From positions 576,001-640,000 of the forward strand of contig CAVRUC010000007.1 in assembly GCA_963724295.1 (NCBI GenBank): a stretch of 64,000 bases of DNA, read 5' to 3'. A program made the position numbers and the translations under genes. This DNA is from an uncultured Chloroflexia bacterium. GTDB taxonomy: Bacteria; Chloroflexota; Chloroflexia; Thermomicrobiales; UBA6265. The notes beneath the pieces were generated by a model, which ran no database searches, had not been told where the DNA came from, and saw only the letters and a program-made list of their open reading frames with translations. Below are positions 39,852-49,385 of this stretch, piece after piece. Position 1 is the first letter of the stretch. The number at the start of each line of letters is the position of its first letter.

Positions 39852-40211
39852 TCACCCGAGCCCGGCCTGGAGCTGCGCTCCACCGAGCAGATGGAAATGG
39901 AGATGAGGCACCGTCTGCCCGGCGTCAGGCCCGTCGTTGGTGATGACCCGGTAGCCGCCGGCGTAGAGCCCGTGCTCGGCGGCGACGCGCGATGCCAGGG
40001 CGAGTGCGTCTGCCGTGACGTGCCAATCGTCGCTGCCGACCTCGCGCAGGGCCGCGAAGTGCTGTCGCGGCACGATCAGCACATGCACCGGCGCCTGGGG
40101 ATGGAGATCGCGGAAGGCGACGCTGTGCTCGCTCTCGGCGACGAGCTCCGTACCAAGCTCGCCGCGCGCGATGCGGCAGAAGATACAGTCGACGGTGACC
40201 GGGTCGGTCAT
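39852..40211 (-). CDS. Histidine triad (HIT) nucleotide-binding protein
   Basis: CIFCRI, PQAPVHVLIVP, GQTVPHLHFH. Confidence 0.95.
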   Translation of the reverse strand: MTDPVTVDCIFCRIARGELGTELVAESEHSVAFRDLHPQAPVHVLIVPRQHFAALREVGSDDWHVTADALALASRVAAEHGLYAGGYRVITNDGPDAGQTVPHLHFHLLGGAQLQAGLG

Positions 40212-40306
40212 GACTTCACGCGCTCCGAACAGTCAGGCAACGGCTCCGTGGTACGCTCGGACTTCCTTCAGCCGCGGCGCACCAGGCGCACAACCGTCGT
40301 GCGAGT

Positions 40307-41152
40307 ATGCCAGAACTTCCCGAGGTCGAAACCGTCCGCCGCTCCTTGATCGACAAGATCGTCGGTCAACGGATCAGCTCGCTGCGGGTCACCGATTTTC
40401 CCGGCGTTCTCGCCGGTGCTCGCGTCGAAGACGTCCTGGCCCGGATCGAAGGACGCGCCGTGCGTGGGATCCGCCGCCGCGCCAAGTACCTGATTATCGA
40501 CCTCGACGACGAGACCGCCCTCGTCGTCCACCTGCGGATGACCGGCCGGCTGAGCGCGGTCTCCCATGAGGAGCCGCCACTTCGCTTCGAGCGCCTGGCG
40601 ATCGAGTTCGCCAACGGTCTCGATCTTCGTTTCTCCGATCAGCGCAAGTTCGGTCGCGTCATTCACGTGGATGGCGACGACCTCGGCCTCCTCGAACAAC
40701 GGCTTGGGCGCGAGCCGCTCGAGCGTGAATTCACGTCGGCATGGCTCGCGGAGCGCCTGCGGCACCGGCCTGGCAAGATCAAGGCCGTGCTTCTCGATCA
40801 GGGACTCATCGGCGGTCTGGGCAATATCTACGTCGACGAGTCCCTGTTCCGGGCGGGAATCCACCCGGAGCGACGGGCGAACACCCTCACGCCGGAAGAG
40901 GTCCGCCGCCTGCACCGGTCCATCCGTGGCGTGCTACGCGCCGCCATCGATGGCCGCGGCACGACCTTCTCGACCTTCGAGGACGCCGAGGGCAATGCCG
41001 GCCGCTATGGAGGCAGGCTGCTCGTCTACGGACGCGGCGACAAGGGACCGTGTCCACGCTGCGGCACGCCGCTGGTGCGAACCGTCGTCGGTGGCCGCGG
41101 CACGTCCCACTGCCCTCGCTGTCAGCCACCCGCGGATGCCATCAAACCTTAG
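40307..41152 (+). CDS. mutM: Formamidopyrimidine-DNA glycosylase
   Basis: MPELPEVE, HLRMTG, GLGNIYVDESL, C-terminal zinc finger. Confidence 0.96.
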   Translation: MPELPEVETVRRSLIDKIVGQRISSLRVTDFPGVLAGARVEDVLARIEGRAVRGIRRRAKYLIIDLDDETALVVHLRMTGRLSAVSHEEPPLRFERLAIEFANGLDLRFSDQRKFGRVIHVDGDDLGLLEQRLGREPLEREFTSAWLAERLRHRPGKIKAVLLDQGLIGGLGNIYVDESLFRAGIHPERRANTLTPEEVRRLHRSIRGVLRAAIDGRGTTFSTFEDAEGNAGRYGGRLLVYGRGDKGPCPRCGTPLVRTVVGGRGTSHCPRCQPPADAIKP

Positions 41153-41244
41153 CGCGTGGTTTCAAAACCGTGGCGAGGTGGCATCAGCTTCGTGTCGCGG
41201 ACGGGCTGCCCATGGCGGCTATGACCCCAAGCGCTCGGCGCACG

Positions 41245-41277
41245 CCGATCGGGTCGCGAGTGCCGCGACCCGATCGG
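41245..41277. terminator. Hairpin between convergent genes
   Basis: CCGATCGGGTCGCG-AGTGC-CGCGACCCGATCGG. Confidence 0.65.
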
Positions 41278-41304
41278 GTGAGTGAGGACCTGGCGGTGGT
41301 CGGT

Positions 41305-41685
41305 CTAGCGCGCGACCTCGGCGCTGCTCGCGGCCACGATCGCGGTCAAGGCCTCCTTCTGCAGACTGCCCAGGTCGGGGGAGCGCAGCGCCTGCTGCGC
41401 CGAGCGCACCCGGGTCTGCTCGGCGGTCGGGCTGGTGGCCACGAGGGCGACCAGGGCCTCCTCCTGCATGCTGCCAATGTCGCCGCTCAGCAATGCACGC
41501 TCCGCGGCGAGGGCACGCGTGGCCCGGACGTCGTCGGCACTGGGGCCAGCCACCGCTGGTGCGGGGACCGGGGCAAGGGCCGCGGCCGCATCCTCCGCCG
41601 TGACGGCCACGGGGGCGAGTAGGGTCAGCGCGAAGACGACGGCACTGCCGAAGACAAGACGGCGCGCCTGATGCATCGTGGACAT
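41305..41685 (-). CDS. Secreted protein with an internal duplicated motif
   Basis: SD AAGGA; signal peptide; ALLSGDIGSMQEEALVALVA / ALRSPDLGSLQKEALTAIVA. Confidence 0.7.
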   Translation of the reverse strand: MSTMHQARRLVFGSAVVFALTLLAPVAVTAEDAAAALAPVPAPAVAGPSADDVRATRALAAERALLSGDIGSMQEEALVALVATSPTAEQTRVRSAQQALRSPDLGSLQKEALTAIVAASSAEVAR

Positions 41686-41896
41686 CGCGAGTTCCTTTCT
41701 GTCGTGCCGAGCCCCGAGCGGGGTCTCGTGTCGCCTGGCGCCTTGCGGCTCCGACACCCCCGGTCGCTTCGGGAGCGGCGCCCGTTTGGCTGGTCCCGGG
41801 CACACCTGCAGCATGCGCTCGCCGCACCCGAGCGTCATGCCGAGAACATCAGTAGAAACCTCAGTAGTTTTGGGTTGGGGAAGAGGAAGCGGGACG

Positions 41897-44249
41897 CTAG
41901 ACCAAGGCGTGGCGGGCGGCGAACGGCGGCAGCTTCTCGCCGATTGGCCACCCCCAGTTTGCCCAGCACGTTGGAGACGTGCTTGCTGGCGGTGTAGGGG
42001 CTGATGAACAGTTGCGCGGCGATCTCCGGGTCGGTCAGGCGCTGGCAGAGTAGCCCCAGCACCTCTCGCTCGCGCCGGGTCAATGCCGGACCAGTGACGG
42101 GGTCAGTCGGCCTAGATTGCTCTGGCTGGGGCGCAGGCAGCGAGCCTCGGGGCACCTCGGTGAGGAAGCGCGACGCCTCGTCCAGCGCCTGCTCTAAGGA
42201 GATGCTGCGCCCTGCGTTGTAGACCGTCGCAAAAGCGGCCTCGCCGAGTTCCGCTCGCGCGGTCTCTTCGGCTCGCTCAATACTCGTACGATCCGGCGGT
42301 GGGATGGCATGACCCAGCTCGGCACACTGCGCACTTGCCACTCCGAGCAGCCAGGCCGCCCGTTCCGGTGATCCTGAAATCGCTGCCAGGGATGCGACCC
42401 CGGCCAGCCACTCGGCGATGTTCTCCCGGCTGCCGATATTCCGCCAGAGGGGAAGGCTCTCGGAGAACCATTTTGCCGCCATTATCCGGTCGTCACGTGC
42501 GCAGGCCACAAACCCGAGTCTGTTGATCGTCAGGGCGACGCGCCACTGATCGCCAAGTTCTCCTTGGTCAGCAAGGGCATTCTCCAAGTGCGCCGTTGCC
42601 CCCAGGAGGTCACCCTGCCCGAAGGCGGCAATTCCGATCTCCTGCTTTGTTAGAGCGACGAGAGTTCGGTCACCCGCTGATTTAGAAAGCGTGAGTACCT
42701 CGTCGAAGTACGCCTTCGCTCTGGAATAGTCGCCTTCGGCCAGGGCTACATTGCCGAGAACTTGCAGCGCCATGTATTCGCCCCAGCTGTCGCCTGACCG
42801 GCGCGCCAGCGACAGACACTCGGTTGCGCGTCGCACCGCGTGCGCATGGTTCCCCTGGTTCCGCGCCGTCGAGGCCGAGGCGCGCAGCGCCCGGATGCGT
42901 GCTGCCGCGGGAGCAGTGGCGTCCGATGTCTGTTCGAGCGCACGTTCCAGCCAACCAAACGCCTCCTTCCGGGAGCTGCGAAGATTCCAGAAGGGCGCGG
43001 CCGATCCGGTCAACCGTACGAGTCCCGCGCCGTCGCCGATCTGATCCAACCAGGACAGGGCCGCCCGCACATTGTCGTGCTCGGCCTCGAGGCGGAGCAG
43101 CCACTCCATGGCCCCGAACATGAACATGGGGTACCAAGCGTTTTCGACGAGCCCGACGATCCACTCGGCATGGGCGCGGCGCACGGCACGTTCCTCACCG
43201 CTTTCAATGAGCCGTTCCCGCCCAAACTCGCGGACCGTCTCCAGCATGACAAAGCGCGGCTCACGCCCTTGGACCTCCACGCGGCGCAGCAGGCTATGGC
43301 CGACAAGGGCGCTGACGCCAGCCAGGACGTCGACCCCGAGATCCGTCGGCACCCGGATCACGGCGGTGGCGGCGTCCAACGTGAACCCGCCGACAAAGAC
43401 CGCGAGGCGACGGAAGAGCGTTTGCTCAACGGGTGTCAGCAATGCCTCGCTCCAGGCAATTGTTGTCCGCATTGTGTGCTGCCGGGCTGGTGCATCACGG
43501 GGGCCATCACGCAGGAGACTCAGGCGGTCGCCCATTTTGGCCAGGAGCGCCTCTGGCGACAGGACTTTGGTGCGCGCCGCAGCCAACTCGATGGCTAGTG
43601 GCAAGCCGTCCAACCGGCGGCAGATCTCGGCTACCGCCGGGGCGTTGTGATCGCCAAGGCGAAAGGTGGCATCGACGGCATGCGACCGGTGAGTGAACAG
43701 CGCCACGGCAGGCACGTGCTGCAAAGCAGCCGCAGACCGTTGCGTAGTTTCGGGCAAGGTGAGTGGATCGACGGCGAGTTCGTATTCACCCTGCACCCGC
43801 AAGGGAGCGCGGCTCGTGGCCAGGAGTTGCACGGCCGGGCAGCCAGCCACCAGTGCCGCGGCACTCATGGCGGCCGCCTCGATGAGATGCTCGCAATTGT
43901 CCAGGACGAGAAGCAGCTGGCGGCGATGGAGAGCCTCGATGACACGTTGCAGCAGGGGGTGGTCCCCCGCGTCTGGCACCTCCAGCGCCCGCGCGATCGT
44001 CGGCACGACCAATGTCGGATCAGCCAGCGGGGCCAGATCGATAAAGACGGCACCATCGGCAAAGGCATCGAGGAGTTCATGCGCGACGGCCAGGGCCAGC
44101 CGCGTCTTGCCAACCCCACCGGGACCGGTCAATGTCAGCATTGGCACGGCGTCGTCGAGCAGGAGCGTGCGCGCCGTCGATCGCTCGGCAGCGCGACCGA
44201 TGAGCTGGGTGCGGGGGGTCGGCGGGAGCGCCGAGGCGGACACAGGCAT
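41897..44249 (-). CDS. STAND ATPase / TPR / LuxR-HTH transcriptional regulator; a +1 indel near 41925 hides the natural stop
   Basis: [39 protein letters not shown]...KHVSNVLGKLGV; removing one base gives AAAFAARHALV*. Confidence 0.88.
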
Positions 44250-44598
44250 AGGAGATGTCCCCACGGTTCCGGAGCCGGATGCGACGCTCAGTTTGCCCGA
44301 CGCCGAGCAGGCCGCGCTAGTGGCTGGCCGGTGTTCCTCAGCGATAACGAGAAAATCGAGACACCGACTGCGGACTGGCAACAGGTGCGCCACTCCCAGT
44401 CGGAGTTCGACGGCGGCGCCAGCAGGACAGTGTTTGCAACACGCTGTTGGTTAGTCCAAAAGGCGAGAGGTGGGGTTTCCCACCTCTCGCGTGATATGAC
44501 TCCTGGAGCGAAGTCCCTCGGGCTGGCCGACCGACGGATCAGCAGCTGTCGTCCTGTCTTGCCGTGACCCTGCGGGTGCTCCCGTCTGGCCGTCTCCG

Positions 44599-45054
44599 CT
44601 AAACCAGCTCCGCCTCGGTCGAGATCTGTACGTTTCCCTTCAACGCCTGCGAGATCGGGCACCCCTCGGCTGCCTGGCTCACCGCTTCGCGGAAGTCTTC
44701 GGCGCTGATCCCCGGCACGTCACCCCTGACGTTCAATTCGGAAAAGCTGACCTCATAGCCACCGCCGACCTTGGGATCGAACCCGACCCTGGCCGTCACA
44801 TCCAGACTGCGCGGTGCGGCGTTGCGCCCCTGCAGCTCGAATGCCAGCGCCATCGAAAAGCAGGAGGCGTGGGCGGCCGCAAGCAGCTCCTCTGGTGAGG
44901 TCAGCGAGCTGTCACCACCGGTCCGCGCATTCCACGTCATGGGGACTTCGGCGAGCTGGCCGCTGCTGCTCCCGGTGATGCGGCCACGGCCGTCGGTCAG
45001 ACCGCCCTCCCAGTGAGCCTGGGCCTCGTGTACCGCCTCGGCATGGTTGCTCAT
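44599..45054 (-). CDS. osmC: OsmC family peroxiredoxin
   Basis: WEGGL..G.G, SPEELLAAAHASCFSMAL, CPISQAL. Confidence 0.92.
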   Translation of the reverse strand: MSNHAEAVHEAQAHWEGGLTDGRGRITGSSSGQLAEVPMTWNARTGGDSSLTSPEELLAAAHASCFSMALAFELQGRNAAPRSLDVTARVGFDPKVGGGYEVSFSELNVRGDVPGISAEDFREAVSQAAEGCPISQALKGNVQISTEAELV

Positions 45055-45156
45055 GGTTGCTGTCTTTCCCTTTCCGTTGGCCTTCCGGCCCCGAGCCTGA
45101 TACAAACTCTCGAATCTGGTAACCCTGGGTAGCCGCTGAACCGCCCTCACCGGCCG

Positions 45157-46659
45157 CTATGACGCCGGAGGCGGATCGATGTAGACGGTTTTGACCTGCG
45201 TGAAGAAGTCGCGCGCCGACTTGCCTTGCTCGCGGGAATACGATGACGACCCCTTCATGCCACCGAACGGGACCTGGGGCTCCGCACCCGCCGTCTCGCT
45301 GTTCACGTGCACGACGCCAGCCTCGATCTCGCGGGCAAACGTCAGCGCCCGGCCCAGGTCGCGGGTGAAGATCGAGGCCGACAGCCCGAACTTGACCTGG
45401 TTCGCGACGACCATCGCCTCTTCCATGCTATCGACCGGGATGACCCCCAGCACCGGTCCGAAGAGCTCGTCCTGGCCGAGCCGGGACTTTGGATCGACGT
45501 CCGCGAACAGTGTGGGTGCTAGAAACGCGCCGCGCTCCAATCCGCTTCCCAGCCGCTCGCCGCCGACCACCAGCTCGGCGCCCGCCTGCTTTGCGGAGTC
45601 GACTTCACCGGCAAGACGCTCCGCGGCCCGGTCGTCGATCAGTGGCCCAATCTGGGTCTCCGCGTCGAGCGGGTCGCCGACTTTGAGGCCACCGATGCGA
45701 TCCGCCAGCATCTCGGTAAAGCGGTCGATGATGCGGCGATCGACGATCGCGCGCGACGTGGCCGTGCATTTCTGCCCCGCGCTCATCATCGCGCCGGCAA
45801 CGACCTGCCCGAGGGCGTGGTCGAGATCGGCGTCGGCCAGCACGATCGCCGGGTTCTTCCCGCCCAGCTCGAGCTGGAGCTTGGCTCCCCGCTCGGCCGC
45901 GGAACGCCGCAGCTCGGCGCCGGTCTCGTTCGAGCCCGTAAAGGTGATGGCGACCACCCGCGGATCGCGCACCAAAGGATCGCCGACGTTCCCCGCGGAC
46001 CCGGTGACCAGATTCAGCACTCCCGCCGGCAGCCCGGCCTCGTCGAGCGCCTCTACCAGGCGCACCGCGGTCAGGGGCGTGAGGCTGGCCGGTTTGAAGA
46101 CGACGGTGTTGCCGAAGGCCAGCGCCGGAGCGATCTTCCAGGCCGGAATTGCGATTGGGAAGTTCCACGGCGTGACCACCGCCACGACCCCGAGCGGCTC
46201 CCGGGTGGTATAGAGCAGGGTGTGCGGATTCACCGACGGGTAGTGCTCGCCGCTCGGCTGCTGCGCCTCGCCGGCAAAGTAGCGCAGGATCTGGACGGCA
46301 CGGGTCGACTCGCCAATACCCTCCTTGAGGGTCTTGCCTTCTTCCCGGGTCAGCTCGCGCCCAACATCCGGGATGCGGGATTCGAGAATGTTGGCAGCCT
46401 TGTGCAGGATGCTCGCCCGCGTCATTGGCGAGCTGAATCGCCAGCCGCGAAACGCCTCCTCGGCAGCGGCGATCGCGGCATCGACGTCGTCGGCGCCGGA
46501 TGAGGCAAAGAGACCGACGACCTCGTCGCGATTAGCCGGGTTGCGATTCTCCATCTTCTCGCCGCTGGCGGCGGGTCGCCACTCGCCGGCGATGTAGTTG
46601 CCGTAGGTTTGTACGTTCTGGACAGTCTCGGCCCGTGGCGGGGACGCGACCATATTCAC
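45157..46659 (-). CDS. Aldehyde dehydrogenase (alpha-ketoglutaric semialdehyde dehydrogenase-like)
   Basis: PWNFP, KPAS, FTGS, LELGGKN, GQKCTA, ELFGP. Confidence 0.92.
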   Translation of the reverse strand: MNMVASPPRAETVQNVQTYGNYIAGEWRPAASGEKMENRNPANRDEVVGLFASSGADDVDAAIAAAEEAFRGWRFSSPMTRASILHKAANILESRIPDVGRELTREEGKTLKEGIGESTRAVQILRYFAGEAQQPSGEHYPSVNPHTLLYTTREPLGVVAVVTPWNFPIAIPAWKIAPALAFGNTVVFKPASLTPLTAVRLVEALDEAGLPAGVLNLVTGSAGNVGDPLVRDPRVVAITFTGSNETGAELRRSAAERGAKLQLELGGKNPAIVLADADLDHALGQVVAGAMMSAGQKCTATSRAIVDRRIIDRFTEMLADRIGGLKVGDPLDAETQIGPLIDDRAAERLAGEVDSAKQAGAELVVGGERLGSGLERGAFLAPTLFADVDPKSRLGQDELFGPVLGVIPVDSMEEAMVVANQVKFGLSASIFTRDLGRALTFAREIEAGVVHVNSETAGAEPQVPFGGMKGSSSYSREQGKSARDFFTQVKTVYIDPPPAS

Positions 46660-46739
46660 TCTCCCTTGCTCATGCCATATCGTTCGACAAACGATTGTAC
46701 GCCGGGTTGGTCAGGCATCCGCCTGCGGGCAACCGCGGC

Positions 46740-47744
46740 TCAAACATCGTGGACTCCGACCCAGCGCCCTTCGCGACGGCTCCTTGTCGCCGCCGCGGAC
46801 ACCTGCATGGCCTGCAACGCGTCGTCGATCCCGGGTGTCGGCGCGCGGCCGGCATGCAGCGCATCGACGAACGCCTGCAGCTCTGCCCGATAGGCGTCAC
46901 TGAATCGCTCCACGAACTGGTCATGCCGCTCCGACACCTTACCCCGGCTGTCATAGAGCACCGCCGGGTATTTTTCGTCGAGCTCGGCGATCACTTTGCC
47001 TTTGCTGCCGTGGACCTCGGCGCGGATGTCGTAGCCGTACGGGGCCCGCCAGCTCTCCTGCACGACCCCCAGCGCGCCGTTGGCAAATCGCAGCAAGACG
47101 ATGGCGTAGTCGACGTCGTCGAATGTCTCCAGCTCCGGCTCGACCAGGACCGCGCCCATGGCGAAGACTTCGCTAATCTCCTCTCCCGTCAGAAAGCGAG
47201 CCGCATCGAAATCATGGCTGGCCAGATCCATGAAGATGCCGCCGCTGGTGCGCAGGAAATCGATCGGACCGAGGCGGTCGCAGCTCATACCGCGGAACAT
47301 CTCGACGGCGCCGATCGATCCCGCGGCGATCAGCTCCCTGGCCCGCGCGTAGCCCCGGTCGTACCGCCGCTGAAACCCGATCTGGAACGGCACTCCCGCG
47401 CTGAGGACGGCCTGGGCCGCAGCTTCCGCCTTTGGCACCGAATCGGCCAGCGGCTTTTCGGAGAAGATTGGTTTCCCCGCTCTGGCCGCCAGGGCGATGT
47501 GCTCGTCATGCACGACAGCCGGCGATGCCACGACGATCGCTTCGACGTCGTTGCGGGCCAGGAGCGCCGCGACGTCCGGCTCGAGCGCGCAGGGAGCGTC
47601 GCCGGACTCAAGGAGGGTGCGCCGGTGATCGACGTCGACGGCGGCCGCCACCAGATGAGCCCCGCTGACCGCGTGGCCCAGCGAGTTGGCATGGAACCCA
47701 CCGATCCGCCCCAGCCCGATCACACCGAACCCGATGCTATTCAT
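46740..47744 (-). CDS. Gfo/Idh/MocA oxidoreductase (inositol 2-dehydrogenase-like)
   Basis: GLGRIG, EKP, GFQRRYD, GGIFMD..SHDFD, YGYDIRAEV.GSKG. Confidence 0.88.
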   Translation of the reverse strand: MNSIGFGVIGLGRIGGFHANSLGHAVSGAHLVAAAVDVDHRRTLLESGDAPCALEPDVAALLARNDVEAIVVASPAVVHDEHIALAARAGKPIFSEKPLADSVPKAEAAAQAVLSAGVPFQIGFQRRYDRGYARARELIAAGSIGAVEMFRGMSCDRLGPIDFLRTSGGIFMDLASHDFDAARFLTGEEISEVFAMGAVLVEPELETFDDVDYAIVLLRFANGALGVVQESWRAPYGYDIRAEVHGSKGKVIAELDEKYPAVLYDSRGKVSERHDQFVERFSDAYRAELQAFVDALHAGRAPTPGIDDALQAMQVSAAATRSRREGRWVGVHDV

Positions 47745-47809
47745 CGCGATTCCCGACGATCAGCCGGTGATCTGGTTGACCCGCTGCCTCCACCGATTGC
47801 TACTCCTCA

Positions 47810-49354
47810 CTATTCGCCAAGAAGCCAACCCACGATCCGTTCGCCGGCCACGACGGCCGGGAGATTGGTGTTTGCGCGCGGGATCACCCGCATGATCGAG
47901 CAGTCGGCGACGTACACATTTTCAGTCCCATAGACCCGGCCCCGCGCGTTGGTGACAGCCAGGGGATCATCGTCGGGCCCCATGGCGCAGGTGCCAACCG
48001 GGTGGTAGTAGTGCTCGATGCCATCCTCGATCCACTCCTCCAGCGCCGCGTCGTCCTCGATCGCCGGTCCCGGGTCCAGCACCGCCCCGAGGAGATCACG
48101 CAACGCCGGTTGGGCTGCAAGCCGCCGCGCCGTGCGAAGTCCTTCCCGCAGCACTGACCGGTCGTGACCTTCCGGATCGGAGAGATAGCGATGCTCGATC
48201 TTCGGCTCGCGTGCAGGGTCTGGTGAGCGCAGCGTCACGGCGCCGCGCGACCTGGGCGTCATGCACGCCACCGGAAATGACCAGTGCCAGCCGGTCTCAC
48301 TCTCACTGTCGGGCCCGCCCACCGGGTAGAGATGAAGATCGAACCCGCGCATCGATGGCGGATAGAGACCAGAGCGAATCTTGGCGATCGTCTGCTCCTC
48401 CGGCATCCACCGCTCCCGCGCGAAGGCCGTCATCGCCGCCTCCAGCGCCGTGGTACCGGCAAACCTCAGCCGGACCGAGGAGTGATCGTGAAGGTTGCGG
48501 CCGACTCCCGGCAACGACAGTGCCGGCTCGACGCCAGCCTCGCGCAGATCGCCAGGGTCGCCGATCCCCGATCGCAGCAGGATCGCCGGCGAGCCATAGG
48601 TCCCACCGGCGACCACGAACCGCGCCGCGGAAACCTGGCCGGGACCGTCGGGCCCGATGTAATGGACGCTGGTGGCCACCCCCTGCTCGATGACGAGGCG
48701 ATCGGCCGTTGACCAGCCGGCGATCATCAGGTTCGGTCGCTGCCTGACCGGATCGAGATAGGCGAAGGCGGCATTCCAGCGCGTGCCGTCCAGAATATTG
48801 ACCGGACTGGTTGCCATTCCCTCGTCTTCATCGAAATCGTTGAGGTCATCGGTGAGGGGGATTCCCGCGCCCGGCGCCGCATCGAGGCATGCTTGCTGAA
48901 ATGGCGTGACCTCGTGCCGCGCATAGCGCCGCACCCGCAGTCGCTCGGCGGCGCGTCTGAAAACCGGAAGCAACTCCGCCGCCGACCAGCCGGCGAGACC
49001 CATGTCAGCCCAGCCGTCGTAGTCGACCCGGCTTCCCCAGATCGCCGCGCAGCCGTTGTGCGCAGAACACCCGCCGATGACTTTTGCCCGCTCGAAATTC
49101 ACGACCCGGTTGGGATAGGTGTCGCCGGAGGCGTAGTTCCAGTCGTGGGTGTAGCCGAGGGCTCGCGCGTCGAGGAGATCCGCCGGCCAGCGGCTGTCGC
49201 CGAACGGGCCGTAATCCGGACCGGCTTCCAGGACCACCACGCGTTCGTCGCTCTGCGCCGCCAGGAGCCCGGCCACGACCGCCCCCGCCGTGCCACCTCC
49301 GAGCACGACGGTGTCGGCCTCGTGCGGCACGCTGACTCGTTGCCGCTCGCTCAC
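47810..49354 (-). CDS. GMC family oxidoreductase
   Basis: GGGTAG, LEAG, GGCSAHN, LLRSGIG, VGRNLHDH, YYHPVGTC, ANTN. Confidence 0.92.
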   Translation of the reverse strand: MSERQRVSVPHEADTVVLGGGTAGAVVAGLLAAQSDERVVVLEAGPDYGPFGDSRWPADLLDARALGYTHDWNYASGDTYPNRVVNFERAKVIGGCSAHNGCAAIWGSRVDYDGWADMGLAGWSAAELLPVFRRAAERLRVRRYARHEVTPFQQACLDAAPGAGIPLTDDLNDFDEDEGMATSPVNILDGTRWNAAFAYLDPVRQRPNLMIAGWSTADRLVIEQGVATSVHYIGPDGPGQVSAARFVVAGGTYGSPAILLRSGIGDPGDLREAGVEPALSLPGVGRNLHDHSSVRLRFAGTTALEAAMTAFARERWMPEEQTIAKIRSGLYPPSMRGFDLHLYPVGGPDSESETGWHWSFPVACMTPRSRGAVTLRSPDPAREPKIEHRYLSDPEGHDRSVLREGLRTARRLAAQPALRDLLGAVLDPGPAIEDDAALEEWIEDGIEHYYHPVGTCAMGPDDDPLAVTNARGRVYGTENVYVADCSIMRVIPRANTNLPAVVAGERIVGWLLGE

Positions 49355-49385
49355 GTCGTGATACCGGTCCTCGACGCGGGGTTTC

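Noticed and set aside
41700..41800. Hairpin-rich leader as a c-di-GMP-I riboswitch
   Set aside because: Only a superficial GCCAAAC/GCAA resemblance; the conserved GAAA tetraloop and receptor arrangement is missing
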